A stretch of 64,000 nucleotides of DNA from Pristiophorus japonicus (Eukaryota). Positions 26,111 through 38,596 of this stretch are shown here, piece after piece. Numbering within the stretch: the stretch's first letter is position 1; every line of letters starts with the position of its first letter. The position numbers and the translations under genes were made by a program. The notes under the pieces were generated by a model. The model made no database searches. It was not told where the DNA came from and worked only from the letters and a program-made list of their open reading frames with translations. Location of the stretch: positions 8,866,001 to 8,930,000 of the forward strand of contig NC_091990.1 in the NCBI RefSeq assembly GCF_044704955.1, in the 5' to 3' direction.

Positions 26111-27039
26111 AATTTAAATTAAGCACACACAACTTATTGCCTGAATATTCCTGACGAAATGACTGCAGAGTTCAAGGTTAGTGCTGTCCACAAGCCTGGG
26201 CACCTGGAGAGCATGTACAGAATATTTATATCAATTCAGCTGCAAATTCATGACAAAATGTATTTCCATCTCTTCGTTGTTTTCTTTCCAACATACTTCA
26301 TTCCTTTCATAACCACTCGGTTCCACATTATCCTCCCACTTGTCAAAGTGACACAAGTAGGTCACACACTGCTCCCGACAGAAACTGCGCTCACCCTTCG
26401 ATGAGGCAAGCTGCCTGTGTTTTTCCACAGTGCACGATGCAAGCGCTGAACACAAGTTGGATCCAATCATAAATTGAACAGCACTATTGCAATTAATTAA
26501 AATCACACACTTAGTAGAAGCTGTCTGCTCAACAGAAATAAACAGCATTTCCTGACACATTTCCATTTGTGGTGATGAATTGCATTTACTGCCTAAAAGC
26601 AGGTTCTGCTTTTCATAGACAAGTTCCTAAAGAAGCCAATTTCTGAGCTTGGCCACTAAATCCTACTTGTCGTGTCATATTATGGTCAGGATAGCGGTAA
26701 CATTGTGTGACATGTCCCGTGTTGCTAACAGACTTATGCTGCAACAAAAACTGTACTTTAATGTCGAGTATACGCTCCTATGCAATAGTCCGAATTCACA
26801 GTCAATATTGTGCTCCACCATCACCAGTGACAGACCTGGTACTTCTCCAGTTAGGAATCAATTGTGGACGGACAACATTTATAATTGTATCACTGGGTGC
26901 TTTCAGTTCAACTGGGGAAAAAAATAAAATGTCACCCCCCTCATTACGCTTCACTGAAATTCTACCGACAATATTGGGAAAGTGATGGAGGCAAGTTTGT
27001 GGCTGCGACGGATGTGTGATTTTGCAAATCAATAACTCA

Positions 27040-27387
<348 letters not shown>

Positions 27388-28559
27388 TCAGTGACTATTT
27401 GCCTTCTGACCATTCCTCAAGTAACTGAACCATTCTTCAGAAATGTAAGTCTTTGCAAACCCTGGCCAACCATGCACACAATGAAAGGGGTGGGGGATGA
27501 GAGAGAGAAGTTCTATAGGTGAAGTACTGGTTGCAAATATAATAAATATATACCGGGAAAAAAAAGCTTTATTCCTTTGGGACTTCATTTTCCTGTATGT
27601 TTTGAATATAATTTTTTTTCCTTTATGTCAGATCAGAGTCAACAGAATAGCAGCTTCATATGTTGAAGGCTCAGCCTTGCCTTCGAGTATTGCTAACAGC
27701 CCCCACCTTCGAGGAAGGCAGGAGGTGGAGAAAATCCTTCCCCCATGCTTGTTCGCAAATGTAATCCGCTTTATAGTTAAACAAAGTGTGGCACTGCAAA
27801 CTGTACATCTCCGATATTGAGGTTGCTAATGCACAGGGCAGTTCAAGGGTTACACATTAATAAACCAAGACACTAGGTTGATCTGGTTACAGGTATCCAA
27901 GGATAATGACAACGCATGCTAGGGAAAACAACCATGGATAAATTCCATTTGTGGTATTTGGTAGAGGGTAAATATCACTGAAAATTCTGCGTTTTTTGTC
28001 ATGTAGAAAGTACAAGAATCAAAATCAGCAGGGTGTCTCATACATTGGTTTCATTGAAAGCTTTAAATAGTAACACTAATGAACGTTACTGATAATGGTG
28101 GCATGCTGTCATTATCTTGCATTAGGTAGCAAAAGATTTTTAAATAGTATTTATAATTTATGACATGTTTTACACACACGATTTCAAAGTCCTGTTGAAG
28201 AACCTTTCATACACATCATTACAATGTCAAGAGGTTTCATTTATTGCTTCAACACACAGCTGCACGTCGGAAAATATTAGCGTGGGAACAAAATGCTCTG
28301 CTTGCACTATTCTAGAGATGGCAGTACTGCGGAGATAGAACCGGAGTTGCACTAACACTGGGGTGGAATGTGGGGTTGATTGACTAGACAACAATTCCTG
28401 GGATCTGTCGGGGAAGAGTAGTTCCAGTGTTTGACAGCACCTTTGGGGGCGGAGGTGCTGTAAGCGGGGAGCACTGGGGAAGATATCTGTACGCAGTGGA
28501 TGTAGAAGGTCCATGGATGGGATAACACTGGTATTGAGGGTGGTCTCAGAGGAACATTG

Positions 28560-28810
28560 TCCCGCTCAGAGGGTGGTGAATCTTTGGAATTCTCTCCTCC
28601 TCCTCCGCCCCCCCCCCACGAGCCGTGGATGTTTAGTCGTTGCGTATATTCAAGACAGAGGTCGATAAATTTTTGGGAACAAAGGGAAATAAAGGATATG
28701 GGGATAGTGTGGGAAGGTGGAGTTGAAGTAGATGATCAGTCATGATCTTGTTGAATGACGGAGCAGACTCGAAGGGCCAACTCCTGCTCCTATTTCATAA
28801 GTTCTTATAT
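28560..28810 (+). mobile_element. CR1 LINE 3' tail
   Basis: QRVVNLWNSL-coding segment and CR1 3' UTR. Confidence 0.8.
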
Positions 28811-29574
28811 GCTATGGTTGCAGAGTCAGCCGTGGTTCAGTTAGTACTCTCGCCTCCGAATCAAACAGTTGTGGATTCGAGCCTCACTCCAGAGACCCGA
28901 GCACAAAATCTAGGCTGACACTCGCAGTGCAGTACTGAGACGGAGTTCAGTATTTAGAAAACATGAAGTGTGTCAGAAATTCACAACAGGAAAAGGGAGT
29001 GAATACGACACTTGCAGGAAGTGTGCACTATATGCAACACTTTTAATACACTATTAGACATATGTGTGTACATATATATATATATATATAACAGAATTGT
29101 ATTTGTGGATGTGACACACATTATTTTGCACTGTGAAGTGAGCCTGCAATCCAAGTCCATGCTACATGTATGGCTGTACATTTTGCAGTATGTCTCTGAA
29201 CCTTAATGAAGTTGAGGGGACCTAATCAATGCTCTACAGTCCACATACAACACTTTTATGAAATAATTGGTCATCCTGACTTTATGGACTTTCTGGAACG
29301 CTGCAGAAAATAAATACACTCCTCGAAAAAGGTACAGCCCTTGTTACATGCAGTAACTTCTGAGAAGGGCATGAGCCAATACGCCAAATACTACACAATG
29401 ACACCCCAAATGGAAAAATGCTTTATATTGGTTGATTTAAAACTCTTTAAAAGACAGGAGTACTAGATATCGTTTCAGAACCTGGGCATGCATGCTAATG
29501 CCCAATAAGGATGACAGTAATTGGAGCACCCACATTTCACTGGATAGACAATGAATGACTGGAATGAATGAATG

Positions 29575-29868
29575 AGGGGCAGCACGGACCAGCCCACATT
29601 GCGATATGTGCGCGCACTGGGTCCGTGCAGCAGAGCAGGTCTCCAGTCATCCTGGTTAACCCTTGCCACTGGATAAAGGCCTAGCTCGGTCAAGCCCGTG
29701 TGGTGGCTGATGTGCAACAGTTACCACACATTAAAAAAAAATCCACGCACAGGCATCTTCCACCCCCTCAATTGGAGTTCAGGATTGGAATATCGGGTCC
29801 TTCATTGAAACATCTGTGAACTCATGTGGAAGCAAGTCATCCTCGTTCGAGGGACCGCCTATGATGAT
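29575..29868 (+). mobile_element. Bipartite non-autonomous RTE element
   Basis: Matches copies at 30230-31095 and 61970-62296; (ATG)n tail. Confidence 0.8.
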
Positions 29869-30229
29869 GGGGTTGAAAAATGCTGACAGACATCGATAAT
29901 GACGAGTCACATTCTTCTCAGGGGTTTCAAAGGGCAGTTCAATCATACAAGGATTAACAATTAAGCTAATTACTAGGGCATGGAACAACTTAAAGTTTAA
30001 CGAGGTAGTGATTACCATCTCACGAGGCTGAATTTCTCAGTCAAAGTTTGAACTTAATGTTGGTCAGAGCAATGACAATCAATTTGTTTTATCATGCAGA
30101 ACCACAGCAATGGAAACAGCAAAACCTGCTGTACCGATGCCATAGGGAGCAGACGTGCATCAGTACAGAGCACGGCACACAAGTTTCAAATGTATGCTGT
30201 GCATTGCCCCCCTCCATTACATTAATGGG

Positions 30230-31095
30230 AGCGGCCCCCGGCCAGCGAGCACCATCGGAGCAGGCCGGGGAGCAGAAGGAGCAGTGTGATGGCCTAGCCC
30301 AGCAGTCTGTGCGGCCCCCGGCCTACGAGCACCATCGGAACCGGCCAGGGAACGGAAGCAGCAGCGTGACGGCACACCACTCCAGGGAGCAGCACGTGCT
30401 GGAGCAGGAGAGCAACGGCAGCAAAAAGGGACATCACCAAGATCCAGGTCAGTGATTGGAGCGTGGGCAGGTACAGCAAGAGCGGCGAGGTCGGGGCGAA
30501 GGAGCGGCGAGTGATTGTAGAGAGACGTGATCGGGGCCCAGGAGAGGCGTGAGTTTGGGGCAGCACAGGCCAGCCCACACTACAATCAACATTTAGAACT
30601 GAGATGAGGAAAAATTTCTTCTCTGAGGATTGTAAATTTGTGGAATTCGCTGCCTCAGAGAGCTGTGGAAGCTGGGGCATTAAATAAATTTAAGACAGAA
30701 AGAGAGAGTTTCTTAAACGATAAGGGGATAAAGGGTTATAGGGAGCGGGCAGGGAAGTGGAGCTGAGTCTATGGTCAGATCAGCCATGATCTTATTGAAT
30801 GGCGGAGCAGACTCGAGGGGCCTTATGGCCTACTCCTGCTCCTATTTCTTATGTTCTTATCTATGTGCGCCTTGGTTAACCCTTGCTACTGGACCAAGAC
30901 CTAGCTCTGTCAAGCCTGTGTGGTGGCTGGTGTGCAACAGTCACCGCATGTTAAAACATCCACAAACAGGCATCTTCCACCCTTCAAGATTTAGTTCGGG
31001 ACCTGGAATTTTAGGTCCTTCATTGAAACACCTGTGAACTTTTTGACATGGAAGCAAGTCATCCTCGATTCGAGGGACTGCCTATGATGATGATG
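30230..31095 (+). mobile_element. Longest bipartite RTE element copy, GC-rich 5' region, nested CR1 tail (~30588-30860)
   Basis: Duplicated GC-rich head unit; FGTWNFRSF remnant at ~30995-31025; RTE tail. Confidence 0.8.
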
Positions 31096-32085
31096 ACATT
31101 TTGAAAGATGCACAAGTACAACACATACAGCGACAATATTAGTGTGAATATACTTGTACTTTTTGCAACTAGAATCAGACAGGGCACCTAAATAATATAA
31201 TGTTGCTGGGCCGGAGGGAATAAAACAGAGCGCTGGATCAGACTCAACATTCTAGCAATGATTGCAGTTCCGTCCAGTAGGGCAAGTAGCACCAAGGTGA
31301 AGGGTCCAATCGATACAGGAATATTGCTTCAAGCACTTGTGTGGAGTAGAAAAAGACAACATTGCAGACATAGAGAAATAAATGTCTCTTCCTGGGACTT
31401 GGAAACAATGACAAAAATATGGTCAGTGCAGCAAACACACATCATTAGTTTTATCCCACAATCTAGGGCAGTTTGACATCACAATGCAGCAAATGTACAA
31501 ACACTGAAATGTACTTCAGTGCTATCATGTTTGTGCAAGTAAAGCAATGCTAATCAGAGTAATAACCCTGCGTTAATGTAAAGGATGCACATTCTTGAGG
31601 GCATGAGAGACACTTCTTTTCAGATTTAAAAATGTCTGGCTACCAGGGCTTGGGAGGACCCATCTATTGAGGGCTGCTCCAATGGGTACTACCCAGAGTG
31701 GGACCAGAAGAGCAAGGAGCCAATCCAGAGACAGATTTTGGCCCTGTACACTCTGCAGAAAAGTTGTCAGTTGTTTCAAAGGGGCTCTGAATAGTAAATC
31801 CCCAGAGATATTTGGAAAAGAGCTTCTGGTTTCCCATCATAGCGGTAAGCAGATCGGACTAGTCACTTTATCCCAGTCATGTCTGGGAAATTGTCATGGT
31901 ATCACAGTATCAGCCTATTGCTGGATAGCACATTGGCATAGCCTTCATCACCAAGGCTCTGGGATGCAAGAGGACTGGAGCCCATATCCTGTTTCCCTGT
32001 GTTTGTTGAGTGGCAATCTCGGGAGGGACAGGTGACTTTGGACCTATGGTTCCCAAAGCTTTGCTCACCTTCTATGAGTCTGTTG

Positions 32086-32548
32086 ACCCCAGCATCGAAG
32101 CACTGACCACATTCGACCAGCTCCGTTGGGCGGGCCACGTTGTTCGCTGGCCTGACGAGACTCCCAAAGCGAGTGCTCTACTCGGAACTCCTACATGGCA
32201 AGTGAGCCCCCAGTTGGGCAGAGGAAACGTTACAAGGACACCCTCAAAGCCTCCCTGATAAAATGCAACACCCCCACTGACACCTGCGAGTCCCTGGCCA
32301 AAGACCACCCTAAGTGGAGGAAGTGCATCCAGGAAAGCGCTGAGCACCCTGAATCTCAACGCTGAGAGCATGCAGAAATCAAGCGCAAGCAGCGGAAGAA
32401 GCGTGCGACAAAGCAGTCCCACACACCCTTCCCTTCAACCACTGTCTGTCCCACCTGTGACAGAGACTGTAATTCCCATATTGGACTGTTCAGTCACCTG
32501 AGAACTCACTTTTAGAATTCCTCGATTTCGAGGGACTGCCTATGATGA
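32086..32548 (+). mobile_element. RTE LINE 3' fragment with TSD
   Basis: TSD ATGAGTCTGTTG at 32074-32085 and 32545-32556. Confidence 0.9.
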
Positions 32549-33820
32549 GTCTGTTGTAGACTCAGTGATAGAAATCGATTGCTGTGACTAGTCAACAACA
32601 CCATTATCGTTTTATCACGCCACCAGCAGGATGGGAGATAGTGAAGTAGATGGATCTCAGTCTTTCTTTGTCTAACAATTCCTATATTGGTGAAGACTGA
32701 ATCACTGCACGTTCTGAGGTTCCCCTGCACAGACACTGGAGTATCCAACAATAGGCGATGGATCGTCATGCCACTTTCCGGCAGACTTTGAACTCTCCTT
32801 CCTGGACAGTATTTTTCCATGGGGAAAGACAACTTTTCCTCACTAGGGAATTCCTAGCCGCTTGGTATGTTTTCAATCCTGTCCGAAATGGTAATGACTT
32901 CCAGTGTGGATGGAGTAGAATTGGAAGACAGCAACTGACCTGTTGACAGAAAAGAAATATACAAACTGTGGAAATGGATATAGATGCCATTTTGAAAGAT
33001 TTACAAAAGCAGATGCAACAGTGGACTACTGTACGTAGAATTATTTATAAGTGTATTTAGTCAGCGACTCACCAGTGATGTGGGGCCCAGGGGTAGCTGC
33101 TCAAACTTCAGGAATATTTTCCAAGCTGTTCCTCCAGCCAGAGTCGATTCCTCCTCAGTGGAATGGTACCAAGATGGCATGTGTTTGCTCAGAGCATTTT
33201 GCTTTATTTTGTCTTGCCCTATAACTTTGTGTAGTTTGATTAAAGCTTGGACACTTTATTCGTGCATCATAAATTATCCATGCCTTTGTCCGTCCTTCTG
33301 GTCTTGGCAGTGATGTACTTATTGTCAGCAAAGAACCTTGATGCTGGTCTAAATGGTTGACACGAATGAAGAGCTTAAACCAGAAGTAACATGCTCATGA
33401 TGGCTTCCTTTGGTATTCCACTTTGTGGTGTTAGTGCAGCAATATGGGACTTTGTGGTGATTCTGTATTAGAATATGCAACGGTCCTTGTTGGGGGTGAT
33501 GAGTATCTAAACGCTGTCATCTCTCAGGAAACAGGCTATAGACAAAGGGCTTTTAACACTGGAATTATCACCCCAACCAATTTTACTTAATCCTTCCACA
33601 AAAATCAGCTTTGATGCATCTTCTCAAACTACCACCAGAATTCATAAACGAAACGATCTATACTGTAGTATAAATATTAATCCCTAAATACTGTTAAAAC
33701 CATGTTTTTTTAAAAAAGTTTCTCTAACCATCTCTCTCTCCTTTCCATTTTCTCTCCCTCCCCCAGAGACAGATAGACACACACTACAAAAAAACACAGC
33801 AAGCAATCTAAGCAACCTCA

Positions 33821-34003
<183 letters not shown>

Positions 34004-34291
34004 TTACTCATAGCAGGCTCCATATTTGTGCAACTACAGAGCAACCGCAATATTCATGGATTAAAAAGATGTCCAAATATTTAAAAACTTTAGTCTTACG
34101 AATATACATTTCCAGGAAAAGGGAATCAATGAGGGCTTATTAGAGCCAGAATGCATAAGCTGGCCATCGACAGATCTAAATGTGTCCAAAAATGGACAAC
34201 ATTAAAAAAATTTACATTTTATTCCAAACAGGATTCGTTCAGAATATAAATAAGCATCGATAACGTGTCACATTGGGGAACAAAGCTCTTG

Positions 34292-34560
34292 TTTTTTTAA
34301 AATTAATTATTCGTAGCCAATCTTTCCAATTCTTTGTCAAATCACAAACGCCAGAGGTCACCTTGCACACATCAAGGATCACTCTGCGCCAATGCTCTTA
34401 GCCAAAAGGCCTAGGGCCACTGCACCGTTCCTGGAAGTACTGCAATACCAGGTTCGTGCCATGGAGGTGGATGGGTCAGGCCCCCCACACACCTCCGTGG
34501 AGGTGGATGGGTCAAGCCACCCCACCCACCTCCTATTTCCAAAAAGCATAGGAGAACCAC
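34292..34560 (-). mobile_element. U2 snRNA-derived retroposed element (candidate SINEU-like)
   Basis: Minus strand: Sm-site-like CTTTTTGG, two stem-loop-III-like hairpins, near-exact U2 stem-loop IV (34421-34459), U2 5' segment GGCCTTTTGGCTAAGA (34396-34411), unique ~100-nt tail, A-tract. Confidence 0.7.
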
Positions 34561-35324
34561 CTTGCAGCTGTTAATGAAAAAGAAAACTTGCAAATTTTAA
34601 GTGAAGCTGTGTGCCACAGCGCAGTATGCAAACATGGATCACCAACACATTCACAAGATGCAGCCTCTATACTGGTTAGATATTTAGAGTTCTTGAAACA
34701 CGATCATTGAAACAGCATTGCACTGAAACTCAGGACTGGAATTATCATCACTGCACAGCATCAAAGTAGAAACTCAAGGTTGCCGCTGCTAGAGAATTGC
34801 CACAGCGTAAATTAAAGCTCAGATCAAGCAAAATTAGGTACTATGGCAAACAAATCACGGAGTAATTAGTGGGGAGGGTTTGGAGGAAGAAGAATGTGTA
34901 ACTACAAAGTGCAGGCATGTCTTATCTTGATCTACAGAGCACAAACTTTGTAAGCAAATTTGAGCATGGATTCTCTGTGGGGCCATGTTTAACCTGGAGT
35001 TTAAAATATTTAATTGTTCCCGGCCCCACCAAAACATCAGGAATTATGACGGATCATAACTTCATAATAAGCTACTTGTGATCAAAGAAAAAAAAGTTGT
35101 TTTATAATTGACCAGTATAAACTGGGATTGTTATAGAATTAAAATTACTGCATCAGACTACTCAAAAATTAAGGATCATTACAGTCAAGAAAAGGACTAA
35201 AGAATCAAGCACATTATTAATACCTACAATTATTTCAAAATTAATTACCAAAGGAATTAGTTTCTGGTGTCCAAGAAGAAATGACTAAAATTTGCTAAAA
35301 TTTACTGCGCATACTGTACTGGTG

Positions 35325-35787
35325 AAGGGGTGACAGGACTGACATATGAAGAAAGACTGGATCGACTAGGCTTATATTCAATGGAATTTAGAAGAATGAG
35401 AGGGGATCTCATAGAAACATATAAAGTTCTGACAGGACTGGACAGGTTAGATGCAGGAAGTATGTTCCTAATGTTGGTGAAGTCCAGAACCAGGAGTCAC
35501 AGTCTAAGGATAAGGGGTAAGCTATTTAGGAGTGAGATGAGGAGAAACTTCTTCATTCAGAGAGTTGTGAGCATGTGGAATTCTCTACCACAGAAAATTG
35601 TTGAGGCCAGTTCGTTAGATATATTCAAAAGGGAGTTAGATGTGGCCCTTACGGCTAAAAGGATCAAGGGGTATGGAGAGAAAGCAGGAATGGGGTACTG
35701 AAGTTGCATGATCAGCCATGCTCTTACTGAATGGTGGTGCAGGCTCGAATGGCCTACTCCTGCACCTATTTTCTATGTTTCTATGTT
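35325..35787 (+). mobile_element. CR1 LINE 3' fragment
   Basis: ORF 35330-35701 is the CR1 C-terminus; TTTCTATG tail. Confidence 0.9.
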
Positions 35788-37437
35788 AACATATTAAACG
35801 CAAGAACCACCATAGGTACATGTTATTCACCAAAAGATCACTCCTTTCTACGTTTAACACATCTCATCAGACCATACAGAAACATTTTTTGTTTTATGTC
35901 TCAGAAAAAACAAAGAACAGCTTCTACAGAGCTTAACCAGACATTTGGCAGATTTGTTGAGATTCAGATCATTTTGCAGATTTTCCTAATGAAAATGAAA
36001 CCACAAATGAAATGAGCAAATGTTGGATGATGTTCTGCAGTAGGTAAAGCTGAATGCATGTGAAATGTTCCCTTCGGAGAGCATTTAAGAATAAAAGATG
36101 TTTATCAAAAAATAAGATTCTGGGACTTGCCTAGGTGACTTAAAGGAGCTACATTCCATACAGTGGCACTTCAATCATCCAACTTGATGCAGGGGGCATC
36201 CCTGTAGTCAATGGAAATCAGCCAAAAATCTGCAACCTCAAGCTCTGGCTTGACATGTGTACTAGAGCAAACCCTAGATGCAGGAATGAAGCCGAGAGCA
36301 ATACAAATATTACCAATTCAAATGTAATCTTCCTTTAACTGTGAGGTTGATTTAATTCAAACAGAAGGGAGGGGAGGTTAGTCTCAGGATTAGGGGTCAG
36401 CCATTTAGGACAGAGATGAGGAGGAATTTCTTTACTCAGAGGGTAAAGACTTCCCTGCTTTTATCCTTCATCCCCTTTGCAATAAAGGCCAAGATTCCAT
36501 TGGCCTTCCTGATCACTTGCTGTACCTGCATACTATCCTTTTGTGTTTCATGCACAAGGACCCCCAAGTCCCGCTGTACTGCAGCACTTTGCAATCTTTC
36601 TCCATTTAAATAATAACTTGCTCTTTGATATTTTTTCTGCCAAAGTGCATGACCTCACACTTTCCAACATTATACTCCATCTGTCAAATTTTTGCCCATC
36701 ACTTAGCCTGTCTATGTCCTCTCTGAAGTTTTATAGACGTTAGGTTAACTCAAAAACGTGTACATAACATTTATCACTCAGGTTACATTTTTGTCCCCTC
36801 TGAACAATTTTATTTTTAAATTCTTGCAGTAGTTGAGAACGGTTTAGTTGGCTCAGCTAATGCCCAACATTGGCAGAAGCACCATTTTGGATCACGACAC
36901 CAAGCAACATGCATTTGACACGAGGCTGCATGCAATGGATGCTCTTTTAAAAGTATACATTCCTAACGATGCTTAAAATGCATCGGGATGAACATTCCAG
37001 TAATTTCTTTAAATAAGCTGCAGGCCTGTTGGTCATGAAAACGGGCTGAAAAGGAGCCGTAAATGTCAGATTTTGCCGTGCTTAATTTAGACAGCGAAGT
37101 TTTATAGAGACGTTAGGTTAACTCAAAAACATGTGCATAACAACATTTATCACTCAAATTACATTTTTGACAGTTCCAGTAAGTGCCCAAGGTATACTGA
37201 TCGCAGTTTATGACTGGAATAGTTATATAAATGGTAATGAGACTATAAAGATTAAAATTATTCATCCAAATTAGTTTTATGGTTAGGCGGAGTTGAATTT
37301 AAACTGTTCTTGCCGGTTAAGGAATCTATCTTCATTCATAATCAAAAAGTACATTAGCACTGCAATTTAAAGTTAGATCACATCTCATTATTCTTTCTTC
37401 CTGGTCAAAGAAAGTGTGATTTCTCTCGTAGATACTA

Positions 37438-37608
<171 letters not shown>

Positions 37609-37819
37609 CTAAAATAATTAGTCTTGCCATGTTGCAATCAATAATGATACATCAGCAGTTACCCCAGCTACTACACTCCAAGGTTGGCTTCACTGCAATT
37701 GTACATGGATATCGCCAGTGAGCCAAAATTAATCACAAAACAGATAACCTCGCAGTAACACTCGCTCAATATACAGACACTACTAAATCTTTCCTACTTG
37801 TATCTTCCATTGAGATTCA

Positions 37820-38161
<342 letters not shown>

Positions 38162-38596
38162 TCAGGTTATTCATGAACATGGTCAGAAGTGGAATAAATC
38201 TTCTAAAAGCAATATTAGAATTTTCTTTTGGCATAGTAAACTATAAAACATCACACCCCATGCTCTAGGCACACAAGGCGTAACGTTAGCTGTTCCTGTC
38301 ACATCGGTGTATTTTACTACAGTCCACAGCACAATTTCCATTGGCTTTTAATGAATAATCTGCTTTTATTTTGGAACCCTAGCCCAAGAGCTGAGTTATA
38401 GGAAAGTAAATCACACACGTACAAGTAAAATAATAGCATTTTTTTTAAATGACATGTTTAACAAGAAACAAGGGACTAAGAAGTTAACAATGTTACGGGA
38501 TTATAGCTTTCGATTCGGAGACTGGAATTTCAATCTCAGTCTCAGTGACTTCTCTTCCTGATGCAACTCAGATTCACTTTCTGAACCAACTAACAA

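Noticed and set aside
34292-34560. Functional U2 snRNA gene
   Set aside because: Module order is permuted, the branch-point-recognition region and stem II are missing or degenerate, and an A-tail is present.
34670-34755. Possible intronic box C/D snoRNA (GTGATGA..CTGA on the minus strand)
   Set aside because: The only CTGA is ~11 nt after box C; there is no terminal box D at a plausible distance.
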